This document shows, piece after piece, positions 1 through 11,163 of a stretch of 64,000 bases of DNA. The DNA is taken from positions 200,074,001 through 200,138,000 of the forward strand of contig OX597814.1 of assembly GCA_951406725.2 (NCBI GenBank), read 5' to 3'. The stretch's first letter is position 1. Each line of letters opens with the position of its first letter. The notes beneath the pieces were generated by a model. It was not told the DNA's origin, ran no database searches, and saw only the letters and a list, made by a program, of their open reading frames with translations. The stretch is from Octopus vulgaris (Eukaryota). The position numbers and the translations under genes are program-made.

Positions 1-705
1 ATATTTATTTTTGATTGCAATAGATGGTTCTTTTGGTCAAACTATCTTATCATCAGTTACTTCAGATGCCAAGATATCCAAAATTGTCAAAGTGTAGTAG
101 TACAACGGTTTTGCTATGAAATGGTGAAACTATTTTTTTTATTTACTGAAAAAGCAATGTTTTGGACTTACAACACTTTTGCATAATAATAACAATATAT
201 GCATGTGTGTGTGTGTGTGATGTCATAAGAATTTTATAAACTTTTGAGAGAATGTGAAATAACTTTTTCTTTGGCTTTGAGATATTGGCTCTTGAGTCAC
301 ATCACATAAAGTTGTAAATAATAGCATGTACATATGGGGTTGCAAAACTCTTTTGGATCATGTCTACAGGAGACATGGGTTTGTGTCCCATGGATAGCCT
401 TTGACCTTTTCTACTCAAAAGAGCTTTTCAAACGAATATTTAAATATTATTGTTCATAGTTTTATTTGATGTGTCCCCAAGAGCCAATGTTGCAAACAAG
501 AAATATATATATATATATATAATTATAATAATAAGGGTTTTTTGCAACAAGTTGCTTAAACCACATATCGAAAATATTAGAAATAGCAGCCAAAAAACTA
601 CTATTTCTTTTACTACAAAAATAAGTCTCCACAAACAACATTTGTAACTCACATATGGCAAAACAAAAAAGAAAAACAGTGAAATCACACAGTCCTCGGA
701 TTAAT

Positions 706-760
<55 letters not shown>

Positions 761-845
761 AAGGGTGAAAAGGAACACACGAGTTGATATATATGAAAAA
801 ACAAGTCAAGATAGAAAATGCTAAAGTAATTTTTTATAAAGACCA

Positions 846-889
846 TTTCAGTACCGGTTTCGGTCATTTTGAGAACTTTTCATCTGTAA
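846..889 (-). ncRNA. Degenerate hammerhead-like motif of the PLE pseudo-LTR type
   Basis: Minus strand reads ttacag-aTGAAAA-gttc-tcaaaat-gacc-GAAA-ccggt-actgaaa. It has a weak stem II, GAAA, the palindrome ACCGGT and a short closing stem (cag/ctg). The core is non-canonical. Confidence 0.4.
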
Positions 890-1032
890 CGATTAAATAA
901 TTAAATTTAGAAAAATTAAAAGAAAAGTTTTTTTAAAGGAATATTTGTGTAGTGTTCAAATATATGTGGCATTCTGCCTTTCTCTGTCTCCCTTGTTTGC
1001 ACTTGTGTGTTCGAGGTTGTTGTGAATTCTTA

Positions 1033-1069
1033 CACACACACAAACATATATGTATATATATACACACAA

Positions 1070-1108
<39 letters not shown>

Positions 1109-1158
1109 CAGACACAAACACACATATATATATATGCATACACACACACATATATATG
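1033..1158. repeat. (TA)n/(CA)n compound microsatellite
   Basis: Directly visible; a pure (TA)n tract also lies at about 709-757. Confidence 0.95.
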
Positions 1159-1794
1159 TTTCAACAGGATTAATAAAAGAAAATATATAAGAGAGGGTTG
1201 ATTCATGAAATAAGTATAAGAGTCGATATCATTCACTAAGCCCTTGATGGGGATGCAGTGAACCAATAACTGAAACCAGTAAAAGAATAGAAGAATGTAC
1301 ACGTGCGCACACACACACACACTCCTTTCTCTTTTTTTCTGTCCAATCAAATTCTAAACTTTTATACTTTTATTTTTACTCTAATCTCATCTACACAAAA
1401 AATACTAAATAAATGTGAATAGTGTTAGACCTGTATATATAAAAACACTCCTTTCATCAATTTAGCAAGTATTTCCCAAAGGTGCTATAAAACCAGCCAG
1501 CTGTTTGGCGCCACATGAATGTCAGTTATCAAGGTGCATATTGCAGAGTTATTGAGTGCAGGTGATTTTCAACAAGGTTCCTAAAATAATTACCAAGAAG
1601 TGAGTTCAAGATTAGCACAAGTGGGATCTATTACACAAAACCAAAAGAATATAAATCTTTTACCAGGTATATAGGCTTTTGGTAATCGCATTCAAGAAGT
1701 GATTCCTTTATTTATCTTCTTGGAAGAATGCTCCAAAAATAAAAAAAAATTGATAGAGTTTTCTGTATTTTGTTGAGAAAGGAGACACGGAGGA

Positions 1795-2481
1795 AAAACA
1801 GAAAACAGCACAGCCCCCATGACTTTCAGAAACATTTTTTCATGCTAAGAGTTGAAGTATGGAACAAACTGCCAGCATCAATTGCTAGTTGTCGGAGCAC
1901 TGCATCTTTCAAAACTTCCATGCTTCCTGAGATTCGCCAACACTACACCTGATTTTCTCCCCTCCATACACATGCAAGCATGTATCTGACTCATACACTG
2001 TTCACTTTCCAGACATTTGTACATTACTGCAGATGCTTTATAAAAATAAAATCTGAGGTTGATGTATTTGACTAAAAATTCTTCAAGGCAATGCCCCAGC
2101 ATGGCCACAGTTAACTGAAACAAGTAACAGATAAAATAATATGGGTAATGTATCACTGCACAAAATTACCTCTTAATTGTTTGGAATTAATTAATCTCTT
2201 AATTTTGCTCACAACATAATGTGGTGTGTAAAATGTCAACTCAGTAAAAGGTTGACCACAGTGCTATGCATAGCACCTTGGTCACGTCTTTTCTGCTGTT
2301 GTCTCAGGCAGAGCAAACCCTTGTGAATAGATATAGCAGACAGTAGTGGACAGAAACTGAAAGAAGCTCATCATTTCCAGACATTTGTACATTACTACAT
2401 ATTTTTTATGCGCACTTTTGACAAGTTGTGGTGCACCTGAGCACTGTATACAATAATTTCATTATTATTATTATTATTATT
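1795..2481 (+). mobile_element. CR1-type LINE 3' end (ORF2 C-terminus plus 3' UTR, interrupted)
   Basis: Translation ...KHFFMLRVEVWNKLPASIASCRSTASFK... resembles the CR1 ORF2 C-terminus. The UTR resumes at about 2375 and ends in (ATT)n. The same sequence occurs inverted at 10903-11163 and 35989-36225. Confidence 0.75.
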
Positions 2482-3196
2482 TAAACTATGAAATAATGTT
2501 AACTTTAGATAGAAGAGTTTCTTTTGAAAATTAACCTGGAAGATGTAATTTTTGTTTAATAGAGAAAGTCTTATGTATCGCACCATCCTACATACATTTG
2601 TTTGCAGATATGGAAATATCAGCTCATAAACTTCCAAAAATACCTGCTGACTCATCCATAGAACACAGTGCTATTTTGTCATCACACATTACAAGACTCT
2701 GCACTGAACACCTCCATTGTCTCTTGTTTTAATGTTCCCTAATAACACAGGCATTGCATACATCCCACACACTTGCAATATTGGGATAAATATAGTTATA
2801 CAGATGAGTGTAGATAGCAGGAATTGACAAATGCTGGCTTAACTTACGATCCATTAAATTTTGATACTATTCAAATCATATATGTTACACTCCATATATT
2901 ACCTCTTCCTGCAAAAAAAAAAGCACACGTTCTCCCTCAAACTATTGTAAACATTAGCTTCTATCTGAGTTTTCTTGTGTCTAGTAGCAGAAGCATTAGC
3001 GAGCATTTATGTAGTTAAGCTTAGTTTAAACTATCAACTTTATGTAGATTGAAATTGTTTGTAAGTAAAAACAATTTCTTTTTTCTTTTCACATTTATTC
3101 AATAATTAAAATGCATGTTGTTTTGCAAACAGACTTGTTTCTCCTTGTTTTGTAATCTGTAATGAATATGAACAACTAGACTGTCTTTATATTTAA

Positions 3197-3578
3197 ATAG
3201 CAGTATCGCCCGGCGTTGCTCGGGTTTGTAAGGGAAATAACTATATAAGCATTTTTAGAGATGTAAAGTGTAATAGCCATCTCAATATGGCTAACCACAA
3301 AGGATGGGGGTGTTACTGTAGCTTTTTACGTTCTGAGATTTAATAATAAATTTTTAGAGAGTTACTTCCCTTATATATGCCAAAAATGCATTAAAAATGA
3401 GAAAAATTGATGGTAAATTTTTTTTCGTAGACACGCGCTAATACCCAGAAGGGCTCGATATGAATCACGACTATAAGATACCCGGTTTTGGTTAAACTGC
3501 ACCGCAAAATGTGGGAGTAGTTAGGAATCTAAATCGTAGGAGACAGACAGCACACAACCTTTCTTTTATATATAAAGA
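3197..3578 (-). mobile_element. Non-autonomous Helitron
   Basis: Minus strand starts A|TCtttatatataaaag and ends with the hairpin cccgagcaacgccggg followed by cgatactgCTAT|T (CTAG variant). Homologous to 62790-63182. Confidence 0.8.
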
Positions 3579-3674
3579 TGTGTATATTGCAACAGAAGCA
3601 TTTCTCATTTCCATCTGCAACATTGAAGAACTTGAATTCTTGTTCACTGTACAGTGCTCCAGTTCCAGTTCTTA

Positions 3675-4842
3675 TTCTTTTACTTGTTTCAGTCATTTGA
3701 CTGTGGCCAGGCTGGAGCACTGCCTTTAGTCGAACAACTTGACCACCAGGACTTATTCTTTATAAGTCTAGTACTTATTCTATTGGTCTCTTTTGTCAAA
3801 CTGCTAAGTTACGGGGATGTAAACACACCAGCATCGGTTGTCAAGCGATGATAGGGAGACAAACATACATACACATATTCAATGGGCTTCTTTCAGTTTC
3901 CATCTACCAAATCCACTCGCAAGGCTTTGGTCAGCCCAATGCTATAGTAGAAGACACTTACCCAAAGTGTCATGTAGTGGGACTGAACCCGGAACTATGT
4001 GGTTGGGAAGCAATCTTCTTATTTCTTTATTACCCACAAGGGGCTAAACGTAGATGGGACAAACAAGGACAGTCAAAGGGATTAAGTTGATTACATTGAC
4101 CCCAGTGTGCAACTGGTACTTAATTTATCAACCCCGAAAGGATGAAAGGCAAAGTCGACCTCGGCGGAATTTGAACTCAGAATGTAACGGCAGACGAAAT
4201 ACCTATTTCTTTACTACCCACAAGGGGCTAAACGTAGATGGGACAAACAAGGACAGTCAAAGGGATTAAGTTGATTACATTGACCCCAGTGTGCAACTGG
4301 TACTTAATTTATCAACCCCGAAAGGATGAAAGGCAAAGTAGACCTCGGCGGAATTTGAACTCAGAACGTAACGGCAGACGAAATACCTATTTCTTTACTA
4401 CCCACAAGGGGCTAAACGTAGATGGGACAAACAAGGACAGTCAAAGGGATTAAGTTGATTACATTGACCCCAGTGTGCAACTGGTACTTAATTTATCAAC
4501 CCCGAAAGGATGAAAGGCAAAGTAGACCTCGGCGGAATTTGAACTCAGAACGTAACGGCAGACGAAATACCTATTTCTTTACTACCCACAAGGGGCTAAA
4601 CGTAGATGGGACAAACAAGGACAGTCAAAGGGATTAAGTTGATTACATTGACCCCAGTGTGCAACTGGTACTTAATTTATCAACCCCGAAAGGATGAAAG
4701 GCAAAGTTGACCTCGGTGGAATTTGAACTCAGAACGTAATGGCAGACAAAATACCGCTAAGCATTTCGCCCGGCGTGCTAACGTTTCTGCCAGATCGCCA
4801 CTGGGAAGCAATCTTCTTACCACACAGCCACACCTGCACCTA
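3675..4842 (-). mobile_element. tRNA-headed SINE family A copy, interrupted by a nested tandem SINE
   Basis: Matches the copies at 25718-26124 and 34709-35114. It is split at the duplicated target tgggaagcaatcttctt. Confidence 0.85.
4021..4801 (-). mobile_element. SINE family B, four tandem 184-bp bodies behind one head
   Basis: 184-bp period (repeat ORFs start at 4054, 4238, 4422). B-box-like gagttcaaattcc in each unit. 17-bp TSD at 4004-4020 and 4802-4818. Confidence 0.9.
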
Positions 4843-5336
4843 AGTAAATTTATATACTGATAGAGTTTATTTAAAGCTAAGTTGTGTGGACCAACAACAT
4901 CTAATTATATTGATCTTGCTTTCTCTTTTCTATGCAAATACATGCATTTATTATACACATACACCAAGTCTGAATATATTCTAAGATTATAGGCTTGTGG
5001 CTAAGTGGTTGGCATATTTAGCTCATGAGGTTAATACCTGGCAGTGTGGTTAGTTCTTGAGCAAGACACTTTATTTCAAAGGGCCACATTCTGTGTCATG
5101 CTGAATCTCACCGAGAACTTCATTAAGGGGATGTGTGTCTGTGGAGTGTTCAGCCACTTGCATTTTAATTTCATGAGGAGGCTGTTCTGTTGGTGGGATC
5201 AACTGGAACCCTCATTATTGTAACCAACAGAAGGCCAGTTAGTTAATAAACATAGATGTCAGTGTGTACACATGACAGAGTGTAAGAACCCTGAGAGAAA
5301 TGTTAGTCATAAGAAGCATCAGATGTGGCATGCAAG

Positions 5337-5983
5337 AGAGATATTAGTATTGGTATGGTCATATACTGCGGATGGACGAGGAGAGCTGTGTGAAGAAGTG
5401 CCACTCCCAAACAGAGGAAGGAATCCGGGGTACAGGGAGACCCAGGAATATGTTGGATGAGGTGGTGAAGCATGACCTTCGAACGTTGGGCTTCACAGAG
5501 ACAATGACAAAAGACTGAGACCTCTGGAGGTATGCTGTGACTGAGAAGATCCGACAAATAAAGTGAGTTCACAGTTGCAACCAACACCGGTGTCACATAA
5601 CCGGCACACTAAAAAGTACTTGGGATTGTAGGGTGACATGCTGTGCTTGAGGAGACCTATTGAGTCAAGTACATCAGCATCAGCAATATCAAAATCAAAT
5701 CAAATGGAAATTGTAGTTGTGACCCCACTGCTGGTAGCATGTAAAAAGCACACTCCAAACATGGCTGATGCCAGTGCTGCCTTGACTGGCTTCTGTGCCG
5801 GTGGCACATAAAAAGCACCCACTTCTCTCTCGGAGTGGTTGGCATTAGGAAGGGCATCCAGTTGTAGAAACACTGCCAGATCAGATTGGGGCCTGGTGCA
5901 GCCTCCTCGCTTCCCAGACCCCAGTCAAAGCATCCAACCCATGCCAGCATGGAAAATAGGCATTAAATGATGATGGTGATGAT
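5337..5983 (+). mobile_element. Decayed 5'-truncated RTE LINE
   Basis: Homologous to 46430-47463, including the end of the ORF, the 3' UTR and the (GAT)n tail. Confidence 0.8.
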
Positions 5984-6939
5984 GTAGCACTGTGGTTAAG
6001 AAGTTTGCTTAAGCATCGCATAGTTCTAGATTCAGTCCTACAGTATGACGCCATGGGCAAGTGTCACCTGTAATTGCCCCTAATTGCTGGATGAATACCT
6101 TGGGCATGAGTTTGGGCAGCTGAAAACTATACAAAGCTCATCTCACACACACACACACACACACACACACGTGTGTGTGTGTTGCACAACGGAGTACTTG
6201 CGTGAATGTTTACATTCATGCAATCTCATTGAAAATTTCTGAGCAATGGACTGTGTTGTCTGTTGTCATTTTCATGTCAACAGATTATCCATTAGCTGTG
6301 CACTTTCAAAGATGAGTAGAATGAAAACTCCAGTACTTATGAAAAAAAAAAACACAGAAAGGTTAGTGGCAGAAAAAGTATCCAGCTGTGCTACATTAGC
6401 TTGTAGACAGCATAATAAAACAGGAGATTTTATATGTATATTCAAAATGTTTCCTGTAAATGAACTTAAAGTATATATTTATATTTGACACTGTGTTATG
6501 CCTCACAACAGGGTATTCTGTTTGTTTTGTGTAGGACACATCTGTCATTTTGGTTCAATATTTTTCCTGAACTTTCTGCATTTCTTCCTCAGCTATCTTC
6601 ACTTTCACACTGGTGTGATAAATCTTAATTGCTTAATCTTACAGGATCAAAAATATGTCTCACTGGTTGATTATATATTTTACAATCAATCTGTCACTTG
6701 TTTCTAATTGCTGGGTTGTCACTATGTTTTCCCAAATCAATGCTGATAAAGTGGTCCTATGACAGGTAGGCAATTGGTTGAAATGGTAAGGCCTTACCCA
6801 CAAGTGCTTCCTTCCTAGTTACACCATATTTCTGCCTGGTCAAGAACCATACGGAACACTGGCATGTTGTACATATAATGGAAGGCAAGGTTTATGATAT
6901 CGGGAGAATATCGCCTTCTCCCATTATATCTTGTTCTTC

Positions 6940-7316
6940 ATGTAGTTCAGGCTCCGGCAAATGAAGAAAGAAGTCTTTAAGTACAAATGCAATTTACAAC
7001 CGGCTTATTTACAAGTTTCACAGAAGAGGTGAAGTGTGTTGCTCTCGGCAACCATCTCCAGCTGTGGGCACATCACATTGCCTCTAGAGGTACAACATGC
7101 AGACAGACCCAACCAGTGACGTGTGCTCAGCATGCGCTGCTGTGAAGAAGCGGAGAGAGTGAATCTGTTTCTGTTTGGCCCTTATATACAGTTTGCCATC
7201 GCGAGCCTCGCTGTGATCTCGCGCATGGCAAATGGATGCAGGTGAGGTCTCGTTCCAGTCTCGGTGATGGCAATGGCTACCGCGAGATCTCATCTAATAT
7301 GGTGCTAACTGCTACA
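6940..7316 (-). mobile_element. Possible solo LTR / CpG-rich insertion
   Basis: GC- and CpG-rich island bounded by TGTAG...CTACA, with TATATAA on the minus strand near 7183-7189. No clean TSD found. Confidence 0.35.
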
Positions 7317-7604
7317 TACTCATTCCAGACATTTGTACATTACTGCATATGCTTTATACACACCATATCCAATATGTTGCTGCTGCTACATACTCATTCA
7401 TATGGGATGCAGCATGACAAATTATTACGCTCTCTCTCTATTCCAGTATACCTGAAATTCTAGCGGGGAATATAGGAGAGGTAGACAACATAGACAAAGT
7501 CAGAGAACAGCAGTTGCTGCTTTTGTGCCCTTATCAGTGTTGTGTGTGACTCTGAACAGATTTTAAAAAAATACTGAATCTATTGATGGATGTTGCAATT
7601 ATTT

Positions 7605-7929
7605 CTGTACCTGTGCCGGTGGCCCGTAAAAAGCACCATCTATATGTGGCTGATGCCAGCGCTGCCTTGACTGGCTTCTGTTCCAGTGGCACATAAAAAG
7701 CACCAACCGATTGTGGCCATTGCCAGCCTCCCTTGGCACCTGTGCTGGTGGCACATAAAAAGCACCCACTACACTCACGGAGTGGTTGGCGTTAGGAAGG
7801 GCATTCAGCTGTAGAAACACTGCCAGATTAGACTAGAGCCTGGTGCAGCCTCCTGGCTTCCCAGACCCCGGTCGAACCTTCCAACCCATGCTAGCATGGA
7901 AAAACGGACGTTAAATGTTGATGATGATG
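7605..7929 (+). mobile_element. RTE LINE 3' UTR fragment
   Basis: gtgccggtggcac...aaaagcacc repeats, ggttggcgttaggaagggcat, ccatgctagcatgg and a (GAT)n tail. Similar copies lie at about 11205-11382, 12735-13023, 16205-16320, 17332-17637, 26708-26885 and 56400-56720. Confidence 0.85.
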
Positions 7930-8728
7930 TATGTGTTTTTGATACTTGTCCAGATGAGTAAGAATCATGGTGCTTGTAAAATGTCGTTTTAGTGGTAACC
8001 AGGGTGCATGAGAGCTGCCAAAAGGGGTTGAGGCATGTGGTTACAAGAAAACATTACAAGTCAAGGCAGTTTTTCAGTATTCCTTTTATATTGTGTAAAG
8101 CAGTCCATGTGCTGTGTGCCTGGTGTTTTGTTATCTCATTTTAATAATGTTCCTTTGGTTTTATTACATTAACAAAAATTCATGAAAGTGTTTTATATTT
8201 TATATAAATTATATTATATTATAGAATGTTTAGGTTATTGTGTACGTGTTGAATTTAATTTTGTACATCTTTATGAATAAAAAACACGATTATAAATGAA
8301 TTCTGTGGAAAGTCTGTGATGTCAGGAATATTAACTACAGCACTTTTTGTTTGATTTTTCCAATATTGTTGTTTTGTTATTAGAATTGCAAAGTTGTACA
8401 ACTTTCTGTAATATCTGCAAAGATGGGGGAATTTTGAGGTATAAGAACCTGTTACATTATGGGTTTCAGCTTCCACCTTTCAACAATATTTGCTTGAGTT
8501 AGGAGAGAATTTCACATGAATTGAAATTTCATTCTTTGATTGGTATTCCAGTCATGACCATCTTGCCTTCTTTTCCATTATATCTGGTTTAATCTATTTT
8601 GAAGATGGTAATGTAGTATTTTAAGGAAAATTTGGCTACCATTCCTTGCTGGTCAAGCAGCTGTATGGAGGCATGTTTGCTCACTCGAGACAACAAAGCG
8701 AACTGAGGTAGTGTTGCAAAAGTCTGTC

Positions 8729-9088
8729 AGGGGCCAGTAGAAGGATGCATGAAGGCTGCCAGAAGGTTGTTTGAGGGCTGCCAAAAGAATGCTTGAGAGC
8801 CACCTGAAGGATGCATGAGGGCTGCCAGAAGGTGGCTTGAGGGAAGCCAAAAGGTTGCTTGAGGGCAGCCAAAAGGTTGCTTGAGAGCCACCTGAAGGAT
8901 GCATGAGGACTGCTAAAAGGTTGCTTGAAGGCTGCCAAAAGGATGCTTGAGGGCCACTTGAAGTCTACATGAGGGCTGCCAGACGGTTGCTTGAGGGCAG
9001 CCAAAAGGTTGCTTGAGGGCCACCTGAAGGGTGCATGAGGGCTGCTAAAAGGTTGCTTGAGGGCTGCCAAAAGGATGTTTGAGGGCCG
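8729..9088. repeat. 22-bp minisatellite, about 16 units, possibly inside a hAT-like MITE (8709-9123)
   Basis: Unit is about gagggctgccaaaaggttgctt. The right flank reads cagtagttctcaac on the minus strand, resembling a hAT/Charlie terminus; the left end is degenerate. Confidence 0.85.
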
Positions 9089-10902
9089 TGTGTGGCTCTA
9101 GAAAGTGCAGTTGAGAACTACTGCATTTAAAGGGTTTCTTATATTAGAGTAGTATCAACCTAATATTTATTCCTACAACGATCTTCTTTGCAGACAAAAT
9201 TCAAGAAAAAGCTTCATTTCACAGTGGGATTTATCTTATGTAATCGATAACAATGGAAATTTCTCTGTAATTGTTGTTCTTGCTCACTCTATTATCAGAC
9301 TTTTTTTTTTTCGTTTTCCAAACTAATCAGACATTTAGATATGACACAGTTCCAATTAAGTTACTCTTTCCATTATATCAATATGCTTTCCACAATTTTT
9401 TGTGTAGGGGTGAGCTGGGGGTTATCAAAGTTCCATTTGTTCTTGTTTTTGTTGTCGTCTTAGTTTTGTTATCAGTTTATTATTTTGTTGCAGTAAAATG
9501 CAATAATATAAGCAATTAGGATGTTATAGGCAACTCTCTGAGTAGATATCATTTAAAAAGAGAAAAAAAAAATATTGAGTTTCTATTTTTGTAGTCATCT
9601 TACCAAATAACAATAAAATGTATTCTATCTATAAATGAGACACAATGCAAAGAAATCAGAGTTGCTGATGTCTGTGCCATGGAGAGAACAATAAAACCAT
9701 TTTTAGTGAAATATAATTATTATTCTGTCTCAAAAAGTAGTTTCCTTATATTTTTTAACTTGGAAATTCTGAACATCATCTGTTAAAATGTAATTAATTT
9801 TCAGAGTTTCAAATAGACTCTATTTGCATTTTTTTGTCTTTTTTTTTATGCATGCCATAAAATTAAAATGACTCACCCAACTAATTAAATTAAGTTTTGT
9901 GTGTGTATAGTTGGTTAGCAATTTATTTTGATGTATTGTGCAGAAACAAGACGTTATTGAGATAAGAAATGAGCAAGGTGCAAGAAGAACTTATTTAAGT
10001 TAGACCATTTTTTGTCTGTCTCTAATATTGCTGTATATCTGCTTAGGATAGATGCAGAACAGCAGAAAAATAAAGAAGTTCATTTTGCAATCTCAGGGTC
10101 TTGCATTTGATTCCACAGCATGGCACCATTGGTAAAGTCATTTTAATAGCCTCATGTGGACCCTTATTTTGTCAGTGAATTGGAAAGATGGAAACTGTAC
10201 AGAAGCCCAAAGATGGATTGGATTTTATTCATAATTCAAAGGTACAGCCTTGTCATATTGAGTCACACTAATTCAACATCATCATTTCAACATCCACTGT
10301 TCCATGCTTGCATAGGTCAGACAGAATTTGTTGAGACAGATTTTTCTGTGGCTGTATGTCCTTCCTGCTGTGCTCCCACACTTGATTTCAAGTAAGGGAA
10401 TACTTCCCCATGGCCAGACATGTTTTCATGGAAGATTGGAAGTGGATAGCTTTGCTTGTGGGATGGTCACACTTGTTTGCAACTAAGAGACAGTACCACA
10501 CACATACATTACACCGGGCTTCTTTTAGTTTCTCTCTACAAAGTCCACTCTCAAGGCTTTTGGTTGGCCTGGGTTATGGCAGAGGACACTTGCCAAAGAT
10601 GTCACATGCAGAATGGGATGAATCTGGAATCATGTGGTTTCAAATTCAACTTCTTACCATGTGGCCACACCCGACAATTATTTTTACAATACCTGTATCT
10701 AATGAATGCTCTACTGTTTGAACAATTTAATGAGCAGGTAATTCATTTAATTGAATAGCTGAATGCTCATTATTGGCCAACATTAATCCATCAATCAATC
10801 TGCTCAGTTGAGACATGCTTATGTTGAAATTGAACAGTTTCTTGTTATATTATTAATGAATACAACCCCTGTATCTTACTATACAACTATAAAAATAAAT
10901 GA

Positions 10903-11163
10903 TTATAATGAAATTATTGTATACAGTGCTCAAGTGCACCACAACTTGTCAAAAGTGCGTATAAAGTATATGCAGTAATGTACAAATGTCTGGCAAGTGA
11001 ACAGTGTATGAGTCAGATACATGGTTGTGTGTGTATGGAGGGGAGAAAATCAGGTGTAGTGTTGGCGAATCTCAGGAAGCATGGAAGTTTTGAAGGATGC
11101 AGTGCTCCGACAACTAACAACTGATGCCGGCAGTTTGTTCCATACTTCAGCAACTCTTAGCGT
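10903..11163 (-). mobile_element. CR1-type LINE 3' end
   Basis: Reverse complement of 1845-2030 plus 2400-2460. Confidence 0.8.

Noticed and set aside
4054-4637. Three near-identical 71-aa ORFs as a tandem gene family
   Set aside because: They are antisense frames through the tandem SINE units.
8653-9070. Repeat-protein ORFs
   Set aside because: The 22-bp unit is not a multiple of three, several frames are open by composition, and no splice context is evident.
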